Of a stretch of 64,000 bases of DNA, positions 51,496 to 64,000 are shown in pieces. The notes beneath the pieces were generated by a model that was given only the letters and a program-made list of their open reading frames with translations, was not told the DNA's origin and did not search any database. Numbering within the stretch: position 1 is the stretch's first letter; the number at the start of each line of letters is the position of its first letter. A program made the position numbers and the translations under genes. The stretch lies in the NCBI GenBank assembly GCA_976551045.1, contig CDPCPM010000015.1, positions 10,540,001 to 10,604,000 on the forward strand. The letters run 5' to 3'. This DNA is from Glaucostegus cemiculus. Taxonomy: Eukaryota.

Positions 51496-51770
51496 ACAGG
51501 CTGTCCCCAGGTTACACAAGGGCTCTTTTACAAAGAACTATCCATAAGCTGATTTCTCCGTAAGTTAGAAGCATCCTCTTATCCACAGCTACCTATTTTG
51601 TATTGCTCTACATACGTTTGCTATAATTCTTTTACTTCATGGAATAAACCATGAACCCTAACACCATCCATAATTAAACTGATGGAATATATACTGTATC
51701 CAGACATTAATGATACTATTGAAACATTTTATAAGTATTATTCCTAGCTTGAAAAGTGCTTTCAAAATGT
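51496..51770. mobile_element. Tigger/pogo-like MITE fragment
   Basis: TA+caggctgtcccc terminus. About 80 bp is similar to the reverse complement of 48210-48299. Confidence 0.5.
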
Positions 51771-52190
51771 ATGGCAGTATTTGCATTGGATTTCCTAATT
51801 TGTATCCCAGGGATCAGAGGTGCAGTGATTATTATCATCTCCAGTTCAGGATGCAATGAAAGAAAGGTTCAAAATTCTTCACTGCAGTATAACTTACCCA
51901 GACAACTTGGTAACATATATTAAACTTCAATTGCCAAGACAATACCTTGATTTAGAGAGGGAATGGGAGTGAAGGTTATTAATAATTTCTTAACTCATGT
52001 CTGCAGAAGTTAAGTAAGTGTGCAGAATATTATTTTCAAAAATCAGTTTGGAGGTTCAACTTTACAAACAATTTATGATCCCACAGATGTCGGTGTTTGA
52101 ACTTGAGGGTGGACTGTTTCAGACAGTTGCACTTTACGAGGCTGGTTGTCAACAGCTAGAAATTCAGACCTTGAACTAATGCAGCCAGCT

Positions 52191-54336
52191 CACAAGATAA
52201 GATAATGGAGCAGAAGCAGGCCAGTCGGCCCATCGAGTCTGCTCCAAAGGGAAGGGAGGGTGGGGAAAAAAGGGAGGAAAAGAGGATGAGAAAAAAACTA
52301 TTCTAACTCCAAATTCCCGCCTTATCTCCATATCCCTTGATACCTCAACCAATTAGATATCTATCTATTTCCTTCTTGAATATCCCCAATGATCTGGCCC
52401 CCACTGCTATCTGTATTAAGGAGTTCCACAGGTTCACCACCCTCTGGCTAAAGAAATTCCTCCTTATCTCTGTTTTGAACCTGCTTCCTCTAATTCTAAG
52501 GTTGTGCCCTCTAGTCCTGGACTCCCCCACCAAGGGAAACAGCTTGACCACATTCACTTTGTCCATTCCTTTCAACATCTTGTACGTTTCTATTAGGTCC
52601 CCTCTCATTCTCCTGTACTCCGAGTACAGTCCAAGCGCCGACAGTAGCTCATCATATGTAAGCCTTTTCATCCCAGGAATCATCCTAGTAAATCTCCTCT
52701 GAACCCTCTCCAACATCAGCACATCCTTCCTAAGATATGGGGCCCAAAACTGTACACATTACTCTAAATGAGGCCTCACCAGTGCCCCGTATAGCCTCAT
52801 CAACACTTCCTTGCTTTTATATACTATACCCCCCGAAATAAATGCCAACATAGCATTTGCTTTCCTTACCACCGATCCAACCTGGCGGTTAACCTTTAGG
52901 TTATCCTGTACGAGCACCCCTAAGTCCCTTTGTACTTCTGTACTTCTAATTTTATCTCCTTCTAGATAATAGTCTGCCCGTTTATTTCTACTTCCGAAGT
53001 GTACAACTGCACATTTTTCCACATTGAATCTCATCTGCCATTTCCTTGCCCATTCTCCTAGACTATCCAAGTCTCTCTGTAACTTTCCTGTCTCTTCACT
53101 ACTCTCCACTCCTCCCCCAATCTTAGTGTCATCCGCAAACTTAGCCACAAACCCATTAACTCCTTCGTCTAAATCATTAATATACAAGGTAAAAAGAAGG
53201 GGCCCCAACACTGACCCCTGCGGAACACCACTAGTAACTGGCAGCCAACCAGAACAGGAACCTTTTATTCCCACCCTCTGCTTCCTGCCATCCAGCCAAT
53301 GCTCCACCCATTCTGTTATCCTGCCTGTTATTCCGTGATCTCTCATCTTACTAATTAGTCTTTTGTGTGGCACCTTGTCGAATGCCTTCTGAAAGTCTAA
53401 ATACACTACATCTATGGCCTCTCCCTTGTCCACCCTGCCTGAGATTTCTTCAAAAACTCCAATAAGTTGGTCAGGCAGGATCTTCCCTTCACGAACCCAT
53501 GTTGACTAGGACCTATCTTGCCTTGCACCTCCAAGTATTCCATCACCTCGTCCTTGAGGATCGATTCTAGTATCTTTCCCACCACAGACATAAGACTGAG
53601 AGGTCTGTAATTTCCTTTATGCTGTCTCCCACCTTTCTTATACAACGGAACTACATTCGCGACCCTCCAGTCCTCCGGAACCATGCCAGCGTCTATCGAT
53701 TCCTGAAAGATTATCACTAATGCCTCCACTATTTCTAAAGCTACTTCCTTCAGTACCCGGGGATGTATCTCATCTGGTCCTGGAGACTTATCAGTCTTTA
53801 ACCCATTTAGCTTCCCCAACACTTTCTCTCTAGTAATCTTAACTGAACTTAGTTCCGTCCCTCGAGACCCTTGACTAACTGGTATATTGTTAATGTCTTC
53901 CACCGTGAAGACTGACGCAAAATACTGATTTAGCACCTCCGCCATCTCTTTATCATCCATAATAATCTCTCCCACACCATTATCTATTGGTCCTATATCA
54001 ACCCGCGTCTCTCTTTTATTCCTTATATATTTAAAAAAGCTCTTAGTATCCTTTCAAATGTTCTCTGCCAATTTCATTTCATAATTTCTCTTTTCTTTCC
54101 TAATGACCTTCTTAGTTTCTTTCTGTAGGTTCTTAAAAGTTTCCCAGTCTTCTGTTTTCCCGCTTCTTCTTGCTTCCTTGTATGCCCTCCCTTTTGCTCT
54201 TATTTTAGCTTTCACCTCTCTCATTATCCATATTTGTGTCCTATTTCCATTTAAAACCTTTTTTCTTGGAATATATCTATCCTGCATTTTCCTTATTTCT
54301 TGCTGAAATTCCACCCATTTTTGTTCTGCCGTCCCT
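52191..54336 (-). mobile_element. Young 5'-truncated CR1 LINE with disrupted ORF2 (reverse transcriptase)
   Basis: RT motifs YRPLSLMSVVGK, QHGF, YLDFQKAFDKV, GVPQGSVLGP, FADD. Frameshifts near 54055 and 53445, stop at 52759. Candidate 5-bp TSD cagct at 52186-52190 and 54337-54341. Confidence 0.95.
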
Positions 54337-55214
54337 CAGCTGTCATAGAGTCACACAGCACAGAAACAGGACCTTCAGCCCACCCCATCCATGCTGACCA
54401 ACATGGATTTGCAGAGCCTCAGTAATCTGCTGGCTTGGAACTCGGTTCGCTGCCACACTTCTGACTTGCAAACTGTTTGGGTTACTAACAAATCACAGGA
54501 ACAGAACCCTGTTGTAATCCGGGGACGACCTGTGCTAAGTATCCAAAATGACCATTTCAGTGATGGAATTGAAACCGAAGCTAGCAGTGTGGGTAACAGA
54601 ATTTTAATGTTAAGACTGTTAAACCTCATGACTTTGGAAAAGGCCTTTCACACACTAAACACTGCTTGAATTTTGCCAGTAAGCTTTTAGCAACATCTCG
54701 CTCAGTCTAGTTATTTGCAGAATGAAACTAAAGGCAAGTTTTTCTTCCATTCTCACTTTCTCCCATTACAAATCCCACTACAACAAACCTGTCAGCCCAG
54801 ACATAACAACACTTGTCTGGTACTTACAGGTTGTGAAGCTCATCACTGAAGTCCGATCACCACTGAGTTTGTGCCCAATTGGAACGTGTGCACGAAAAAG
54901 GCAGAAGTGTTATCAGCACTTCAAAAGATATTTAGAGAGAGACAGTTCCCAAATTGGAATTTCCCATGTTTAATAGACACCACTGCTCTGAAACTGGATT
55001 TGACCTTTCCTGGTGTAAAACAGTCATGTGTAGCAGCAGCGTCAATTTGGGTCACCCCCCCAAATATTGTTAACACAGTTTTTGTCCAAAATGATGTGAC
55101 CCAATAGAGAGCACTCCCAGTTTATTAATGCTTCACTGTGCAGCAACCTAGGATGGTGTTGGCATATAAAGGCACACTCCTCTTGACACCTGAACACTAG
55201 ATATACATTTTACA

Positions 55215-55425
55215 GATGCCTTGAAGGAGAGACGTGCACTGCCAGAGGAGGTGGTCATGTCAGGTACAATCACAAGGCATTTAGAAAGACTCTTAAATTG
55301 GCAAGGCATAGAAATATATGGTCCGAATGTGGTCAATGGAATTAGTGAGGATGGGAAAAATGGGCAGTATGTACGTGGTGGGATGAAGGGTCCCCTTTTG
55401 TGCTGTGTGATTCCACGACTGTGAC
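55215..55425 (+). mobile_element. CR1 3' fragment
   Basis: ALPEEVVMSGTITRHLERLLN followed by a CR1-type tail. Confidence 0.65.
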
Positions 55426-56624
55426 AAACAAATGGATTCCCCAACAGTTAGTATCCAAAAGGTGCTAATTGGCAGTCTGAGCATAGTCTGGGTGGTTTGT
55501 GAGGCATGAGAGTCCCCAGTGAGCTTTGGAGTTTTGTGAAGTATCCCATGTGAGGCAAGTGGCCCTTTCTGTGGGGTCTAATTACAGAACTCCATGGGTT
55601 GTTCCTTGTTCTTTGTGACTGCCTACAGCGAGGATGAATCTTCGATGACTAAAGTGAATATGATGTCATGTTGTAATGTTGAAGCAACTGAGTTCAGATG
55701 CCCAGAGCTGATGTTAGTTTTACAGAACTGTGGTCTGGCTGCGTGTCAAGGACTGAGTGTGGCTCTGCCTGCAATGGGGTTGAGGCTAACTGGCCCTAGA
55801 TTCAGTGCACAGGAAATAAATAAGGCCAATTCCTGGCATTCGAGAGAAGAGCTGAAGAACAGGCAATGTGGTCTTTCAACCTTTAAGAGACATCTTGGAG
55901 AACCATAAAGTGCTATAGAAAGTAAATACTGAAAGAAAAGTAAACCCAAAACAGATGATGGAGGTAGCAGAAGGAGAGGGGTAGAAGGGATGATGAAAGA
56001 CAGGTTTATGTCTGGCACCCATTGAGAACAGGAGGGACACTAGGTGGAGTATTGTTAGTAGCAACATTATTTTGTACTAAAGATGATCAACAGCTGCAAC
56101 AGGTTGACAGGAGGAACAGCTGAGCCAGTTCATGAAATATTTTAATAACCCACTGTAAGGTATAAAGAGATAGCCAATAAGTATTTGGAAGGATGAGATC
56201 AAATCAGTTGATGGGTTCATTATGGGAACATTTGTGCAGATTTGTCTAATGAACTTTAACTATGTTCAGCTGAGATGAGGGAATGAAACTAGGTTGGAGT
56301 CCAAAACGAATCATTCCAAGACACCACCTCTTCCTCATTGTGTGAATTTTCAAGGACTAAATCAAGTGCAAGTTCCCTTACTAATACCTAGAGAGTTGTG
56401 AATGAGGAAATGATACCTTGTCAAGAACTGAAATGCTGAACTGGACATCCAAGGAATCATTACTTTGGTGACAAAACACATGCCACCATAGGGGTCTGAA
56501 TCAATGAAGTAAACAGGGATTCAGAATGAGTCAGTAAAATAAAAAGGCTTATAATGCACAAACAAACAACATTTGACCTCAGAAATTACATTTTATTAAG
56601 CCTGTCCATGCACATTAATAACAT

Positions 56625-57175
56625 AATGACACTTGGAGTATTGTGTGCAGTTCTGGCCACCACACTTTCAGAAGGATGTGATTAAGCTAGAAAGAGTGCA
56701 GAAAAAATTCACAGGAACATTGCCTGGATTGGTGGGCACAAATTATAAGGAGAGACTGGATAGGCTGGGACTAACTTCCCTGGAGCGAATGAGGCTGAGG
56801 GGGTGACCTTATAGAGGTTTATGAAAATGTGAGAGGCCGATAGATAGGATAGATAATCGCAGTGTTTTTCCCAGGGTAGGGAAGTGCAAAACTAGAAGAC
56901 ACAGGTTTAAGGTGAGAGAGGGAAGATTTAAAGGGGACCTGAGGGGCAAATTTTTCTAGACAGAGGGTGGTGGGTGTATGGAACAAGCTACCAGAGAAGA
57001 TGGTAGAGACAGGTACAATGCTCAAAAGACATTTGGACAGGTACATGTGTAGGAAAGGTTGAGAGGGAAATGGGCCAAACACAGGCAAATGAGTTTAGCA
57101 TAGATAGGCATCTTGGCTGGCATAGGCAAGTTGGGCTGAAGGGCCTGTTTCTGCACTATATAATTCAATGAATCA
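56625..57175 (+). mobile_element. CR1 3' fragment
   Basis: cacttggagtattgtgtgcagttctgg (HLEYCVQFW) through the tail gggctgaagggcctgtttctg. Confidence 0.85.
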
Positions 57176-58514
57176 GTGAATCTAGGCTACAGCTGCTCCC
57201 TGGAGCTGCGAGATCCACTTTGGGATAGGAAGTCTTCAAGCTTCCATTGCAGGATGGTTAATATCATGAGATGCAGTAAAACTGAAATGTGATAATGTGA
57301 ACCCTGACCTATATTGTCTGCTCCCATTTCACATTGAGTGCAATTTCACCCAGAAATTCCTGATTATGCCAGATTTTCTAAGGGCTGACAAAATTTTGGC
57401 AGATTTGCACAAAAATCAGCTCTTCTGCCTGGGCACTGCATCCAACACACTAGCTCCATTTTAAAGTCTCATGTTGATACCTGGGTGATGTCATTGACTC
57501 TGTTATTAACCTGCATCCACACAGCAGGCACCTGGGTATCTGCATCAAGATGTTGCCCCTTCACTAGCAACAGCTTTGTTTTTTCCCCAAAATGGGGAGG
57601 ACACATGGATTGCTAAAGTCTTCACTGTTGGCAGAATCCAGCTTCCAAAGAAATGGAGCCAATCTTTCCATTCCTGTCTTTGCTAAATACAACATACATT
57701 GGTATTGGTAATGGTTTATTATTGTCACATGTACCAAGGTACAGTGAAAACCTTGTCTTGCATAATGCTTGTAGGGGTCAATTCATTACACAGTGCAGTT
57801 ACATTGAGTTAGTACAGAGTGCATTGATGTGACATAGAGATTAAATTTAAAAGTGTAGAATGATTAGAGTAAGGGTAATGAGTAGATCTGTAGACAGCAG
57901 CTTGCAACGAGTTAATGTTAATGGACCTGGTGATGCACATATTGGAGGAGCCCAGTCTTGCTGGGACCCTGCACTCAGGCTAGACCTAGCTTGTGGGTCA
58001 AGAATTTAAGAGGTAAGAGATAAGATAAAATACAGTTGTTAAAGTTATTTTGCTTATGTCTTTAGTCACTTGGTGTTTTTGGTTATGTTTATATTTAAAA
58101 TTTCAAGAAGCTTTCAATTCCTTAATTAATTACTTCTGTTTGAAAGGCTTTTTAAGTTTCTGCAGCTGATCGGGCTGTACAAATCAATGGATAAAGTGGA
58201 CATCAGATCTTCGTCCTGCCACCCCAGCCCACCACTGGGATGAGGATCATGTAATGATCCAGGGTCACTCTCTTGGCTTGGGGCATCCCAGGTCCCAAGT
58301 AATGTCAAGGCAGAAGCTAGCAACAGTTGACTGAGGACACATAGGCATGTGATTAATCTTTCTGTCTACATTGCAAGGAAAATTGAGGCTGGAATTTTGG
58401 AGTTTTATCTTGTCCCTTATTCACACCTCTACAATAGAATCAATTTTTCCATTTGAGAAAGCCCTAAAATCATTTAGTTCAATTTGTGGGGGACCCCAAA
58501 ATGGCTTAGAAATC

Positions 58515-60365
58515 TATAGAGTCATGGAGCCATACAGCACAGAAAGCAGCCCTGTGATCCGCCATGTCCATGCCAAACATTTTGCCCATTGGTACACTAA
58601 TCCCATTATCAGAATCAGAATTAGTTTATTGTCACAACCATATACACACACAGCATGCATAGGAGTGAGATACCGTACTCCACAGGTGCACGTCACATTA
58701 AATATCAAACAGAAGGGACACACAGACAGAAAAACATTGAAAAACATTAGAACCACAAATATTAAGTTAAATTATGCAACTTAAATAAATAGTCTTAAAA
58801 TGAGTGAACTAGCAGCGGACATTTAAAGTGCTGGTGCGTTTCTGTACGCCTAGCATCCTTTAGTGTTGGCAGGAGAGATGGAGGGATGAGAGAGTTCACA
58901 GATCTAATGGCTAGTGGGAAGAAGCTATTACACAGCCTGGTTGTTCTCGCCCTGATACATTTGAGCCTTCTTCCAGATGGCAAGATGATGGGAGGGGTGA
59001 GAAGGATCCAACAATATATTTTTGGCCTTCCTAACACATCGGTCCTTGTATATGTCTGCAATGGAGGGTAGAGAGACACCTATGATCTTCTCCACTACCT
59101 TCACTATCCTCTGGAGGGACTTCCGTCCAGCAGCTGTGCAGCTCCCAAACCAGACAGTGATGCAGTGAGTTAGGATGCTCTCGATAGTCCTTCTATAAAA
59201 AGTTTTCATTACCGAGGGATGGGAGTTCACTTTCCTCAGTCTCCGCAGGAAGTAGAGGCTTTTCTGGGCTTTCTTAGTGAGGGCCGTGGTGTTAGTGAAC
59301 CAGGTCAGGTCACCATTGATGTGCACCCCCAGGAACTTGGTGCTGCCTACTTGTTCTACCGCAGACCATATCCTTGGATACCTTGCCTATTCAAGTGCCT
59401 GCCTAAATGCCTCTTAAGCAGAGTGACCATATGTGCCTCCACCACCTCCTCTGGCAGCAAGTTCCAGATGTCAAACTCTATGTATGAAAATCTTTCCCCT
59501 CAGATTCCTTCTAAAACTCCTTCCTCTCGTCTTAAACCTATGCACTCTTGTTTTTGCCACCACTACTATTTGAAAAAGATTCTATCTCCTCCATCTATAC
59601 CATTCATAATATAATACATCTCTGTAAGGTACCCCTCAGCCTCCCTCACGCCAGGGGAAAAAAGCCCAACATATCCAGCTCTCCTCATTAGCAAAGTTCT
59701 CCAGCCCAGACAACATCCTAGTGAATCTCCTCTGCACCCTCTCCAGTGCAATCAACTCTTCCTATAGTGTGGCAACCAGAACTGTACACAAGTTCAGCCT
59801 AACCAATGTTTCGTAGTGTTGCAATATGCTGTCACAACTCTTGTATTCTATGCCCCAACCTATGAAGACAAACATGCCATGTGCCTTCTTCACCAATCTA
59901 TCTCACTGTGCTGCCACTTTCAGGGAACTGTGGACCTGGACCCTGAGGTGTCTCTGTTCATCAATGTTCCTTAAGGCTGATGATCAGAATCAGAATCAGG
60001 TTTATTATCACTGACATATGTCGTGAAATTTGTTTTGCTGCAGCAGTACAGTGCAAGACATAAAAATTACTTTAAGTTACAAAAATAAATAAATAGTGCA
60101 AAACAGGGATAACAAGGCAGTGTTCATGGGTTCATGGACTGTTCAGAAATCTGAAGGTGGAGGGTAAGAAGCTGTTCTTAAAACATTGAATGTGGGTCTT
60201 CAGGCTTCTGTACCTCCTCCCCGAAGGTAGTAACAAGAAGAAGGCATGTCCCGGATGGTCAGGGTCCTTAATGATGGATGCCGCCTCTTGATGATGTCCT
60301 TGATGGTGGGGAGATTGTGCCTGTGATATGTCCTGCCTTTATTTGACTTCCCAAAATGAATCACT
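58515..60365 (-). mobile_element. CR1 fragment split by two Rex1/Babar insertions (58607-59360 and ~59985-60325)
   Basis: CR1 tail 58515-58605 and CR1 ORF2 59365-59975. Rex1/Babar ORF KKAQKSLYFLRRLRK...LPSGRRLKCIRARTTRLCNSFFP with (TTCTGA)n tails. Confidence 0.8.
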
Positions 60366-60469
60366 GCTGTAATTTTTTAGGAATTCGTCATACGTAGTTT
60401 AAGACTACACTGTATTTTTCAAGTAAATCAGCATAAAATTCACTCTCCAAGCAGGAATATTCTTAAGGA

Positions 60470-60730
60470 GAAACAAGAAATTCTGCAGATGCAGGAATAT
60501 GGAGCAATACGCAGAAAGTGCTGGAGGAACTCAGCAGGTCAGGCAGCATCCATGGAGGGAAATAACTAGACATTTCGGGCTGAGGCCCTTCATCAGGACT
60601 GAATAGGAAGAGGGCAGAAGCCAGAATAAGGTGGGGGAAGGGGGAGGAGCACACAAATGCAGGTGATAGGTGAGTCCAGGTGAGAGGGGGTAGGTAGGTG
60701 GGTGGGGGAGGGGGTGGAAGATGATGATGA
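60470..60730 (-). mobile_element. Penelope-like terminal repeat with minimal hammerhead motif
   Basis: Minus strand reads cagtcCTGATGAagggcctcagcccGAAAtgtc...gatgctgcctgacctgctgagttcctccagc. Confidence 0.65.
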
Positions 60731-61509
60731 ATTGGAAGTAAATGGAGACATTGTTTAAAATCTTTTGACAAGGATTAAACCTAGGGAACACCTGGTGAAA
60801 TAACATTCCTTTAAGACAGGCCAGACAATGAGTATTTTTATGCCACTGGTTCCAAAGAGTGGTGTGAAATTAAAAATCTAATCAGATTGTAAAGATTTGC
60901 TGGCCTGGAAAACTCAAAGGATGATAAAGAACGTAGGCAGTGTGGAGCATCAGAATTAACTTCACCTAGGGGTTGGGGGGAGGTGCAGTGGGGAAATGGT
61001 TGTCAATGGGAATTAAGCAAATGTGCTCTGGGAAAGGAAGAGTTAGGCTACCTTTAAACAGAACGTTCTGAAGCTGAACAAAAAGGACTGATAATAATCT
61101 TGCACGTAATCAATTACAATCCCCTGCCACGTTCCTACAGAGAGCATGAGATTGAACCATCCTGAATTTTGATGTGCCAGATTACTGAGACATCTTTTAT
61201 CCATATCGCCTTAGAAATACTCTAATGCAAAGCTCTTCAAATATCCATCTCTCATGCATTCATTTTGCCTGCAGATGTGGCACTAGTCAATGGTGTTGCA
61301 TGAAGCATGATGGTGAAGTGAACAGGGGGCGTTCTTTGAAGGCAATAGCTGACCTGAGTGGAGACCGAGACCAGTTCTCAATCCATGCAAACCAGATGGC
61401 ACAAAGGAATCTGTTGATTGCCCACACAGCTTGAGCAAATTCAATGACTCGCTGCCATGCTGAAGCCCACGTGAAAGATCCAGGTGAATTTGCTCTCACA
61501 GTTACCCTG

Positions 61510-62320
61510 AGTTAGTCACAGACTTCTGCGGGACAGAATCAGGCCCTTTGGCCCAACTAGTCCATGCCAACCACAATATCTCATTTGCTCACATTAAGCC
61601 CACATCCCTCTGTCATTCCTATCCATGTACCTGTCCAAGGGCCTTTTAATCGTTATAATTGTATCTGCCTCTACCACCTCCTCTGGCGACTCGTTTCAGA
61701 CCCACCACCCTCTGTGTGAAAAACTTACCCTTCAGATCTTTAGGTTTCTCCCCTCTCACTTTAAACCTATGCCTTCTACTTTTAGATTCCCCTGCTCTGG
61801 GAAAAAGACTGACTATCTACCCCATCTATACCCCTCATTATCTTATAAGCCTCCATAAGGTCACCACATAGCCTCCTACACTCCAGCAAGAACAAATCTA
61901 GCCTATCCAATCTCTCCTTGAAACAACAGCCCTCCATTCCAGGCATCATCCTGGTGAATCCCTTCTGCACTCTCTCTGTTGCTGCCACATCCTCCCTGTC
62001 GTGTGGTGAATAGAACTGTACACAACACCCTAAATGCAGTCTAACCAATGCTTTGCACAACTACAATATGATATCCCATCTCTTATACTCAATGATTCAG
62101 CCTATGAAGGCAAGTATACCACATGTCTTTTTCATGACCCAATCCACCTGTGTTGACACTTTCAGGGAGCTATGGGCTTGCACCCCATGGTATCTCCGTA
62201 TATCAGCACTCCTTATGTCCCTGCCATTTACTCTTTAGGTCCGACTAGAATTTGACTTCCCAATGTACCTTACCTCACACTGGTCTGGATTAAATTCCAT
62301 CTGCCACTGCTCTACCCAAC
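61510..62320 (-). mobile_element. CR1 3' fragment
   Basis: ORF 61782-62060, LVRLHLGCCVQFYSPH...ERVQKGFTRMMPG. Confidence 0.85.
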
Positions 62321-62711
62321 TTTCCAGCTGTTTTTGTCCACTGTATCCCAAGAAAACTTTCTGGTGTATCTGGGATACAATTGGTCTCTATCTTCTCTCC
62401 TGAATGTGTTGACTCTCACTGGGTACAACTGTGTAATAAAAATACACAAATAACAGGCAAAAGGAGAAGAAATCATGTTTCCTTCGACCAGGAGGGGAGG
62501 GAGAGTTTGGTCAAAAGCTGTAATTTCAGCTGTTAATGACAATTGGATTTTTACCTCAAAGCCACAAGAGTCCTGTAGAAAGCCACAAGTCTGACCTGTC
62601 TGGGCACCAGTGGATGTTGGCAGGTGGACCACATAGGCCGAGAATGCAGGTGGGGATGGGGGATTTGGTCAGCTAATAGATTGACCCGAGAGAGTCATGA
62701 GTAGGTAGGTT

Positions 62712-62835
62712 CAGTCATAGAGTTGTACGGCACAGAAACAAGCCCTTCAGTCCACCACATCCATTCCTATCACTGCACCCATCTGTACTCATCCCATTTA
62801 CCTGCATTAAGTCCATAGTCTTCAATGCCTTGTAT
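62712..62835 (-). mobile_element. CR1 3' tail
   Basis: gtcatagagttgtacggcacagaaacaagcccttcagtccacc. Confidence 0.6.
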
Positions 62836-63194
62836 ATGGGATGGAGAAAAAAAGAGAAGGGCACCATAGAATCAGCTGTTACATTAAAGTTACAGTAATT
62901 TTTCAGCCTCTATTAAAGACATTTTCCCAAAGAGCAAGGACTTCTAGTCTTTTACCTTTATTAAGTTCCTAGTTTGGACTTGTGCACAACCAGCATTTAT
63001 TCAATTCCTGGCCCATTGTAAATATCGGTAGGCAGGCAGACACAAAACAGGGGGTGGAACATGGTGGAGATAACCTTAAGGATGAGACCAATTAACTGGA
63101 ATGGACAGCACCATCTTCACTGACTGGCCTAGTGAATGAAATCAAGTTAATTCAGCTGAAGTTCCAGTTTGATCCATGCCTACTTGGTAGACAC

Positions 63195-63310
63195 AGCACC
63201 AAACTTCTGATGAAGGATCATTGACCTGAAACGTTACCTCTCTTTCTTTCTCCACAGAATGCTACCTGACCTGCTGAGCATTTTCAGCACCTTCAGTTTT
63301 GATTACAGAA
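63195..63310 (+). mobile_element. Penelope-like terminal fragment with hammerhead motif
   Basis: CTGATGAaggatcattgacctGAAAcgtt...gctacctgacctgctgagcatt. Confidence 0.55.
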
Positions 63311-64000
63311 CTTCTTCCCCTGGGAGGCTAAGTTAAGGTGAGGTAGTGACAAGGCTTCGGTTTCCACTGATTATTATTATTATTCTCAATGGCTCTTCTG
63401 TTCCCTTATGGGAAAACAAGAGAAAGCTGCAGCTCTTTTCTCAGTCTAATCCAATGATTGAAAGGCTGCATAAAAATCACTAATTTAATGGATGGAATGG
63501 TACTTTCAGTTTTTCACCACTCATAAAACTTGAAACAATCCTATTTTGAACATTATTCTTTTGAAGCTGTAAAACCCGACAACCTAGTGAGTGAAACCCA
63601 ATAAGAAGTTTCGCATTTATTTTATTTATTGTTATATCATTTGATAATTGTTTGCACTGTTCAACCATACAACGTAACTGAAATATAATATAAACATTAA
63701 AGCTCATTTCTTTGTGAACTGAAATATTAAACTACATTTTAGAAACATCCAATGCAATATTAATATACTGTTTTATAGTCTACATGCTGCTAAACAAAAT
63801 TGCAACTGACATTAAATATGAGTCTTCTTTCACTAACAGTAAGCATCTATCACGTCTGAATATCCCACATCATTTCCCAACAAATACCAGAGTACAACTG
63901 ATGCTCTTCAAATACTTTCTCTCATGTCCAGTACAAAGGAAAACTTCCAAAACGTCTAATAAACTGAAATGTGACCTTATGTGAAATGTAATCCAGTGGG

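Noticed and set aside
46500-64000. Remaining short ORFs, and a search for the mucin's signal-peptide exon or promoter
   Set aside because: The ORFs are TE fragments or lack recognisable motifs. No supportable first exon was found by eye.

Overview
Vertebrate genomic DNA, very likely a cartilaginous fish (ray or shark), judged from the CR1, Rex1/Babar, Penelope-like and V-SINE repeat content. The window is dominated by one minus-strand mucin gene. A ~38.3-kb tandem array (~5.8-44.2 kb) is not a satellite. It is 14.5 copies of a 2631-bp six-exon/six-intron cassette, itself a dimer of diverged ~1.3-kb three-exon monomers. All 88 predicted exons (111, 171, 411 or 414 nt) have GT-AG boundaries, are phase 1-1 and encode Ser/Thr/Ala/Glu-rich sequence with no stop I could find: 463 aa per unit, about 6,770 aa in total. 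Downstream (lower coordinates), two intact exons (3435-3595 and 2061-2128) encode the first half of a MUC16-type SEA domain, so the gene continues past the left edge. One unique Ser/Thr exon lies upstream (46252-46347). I could not find the first or signal-peptide exon. The flanks are TE-rich introns or intergenic DNA. Exon structures were read by eye and need RNA support, and the copy number needs long-read confirmation.
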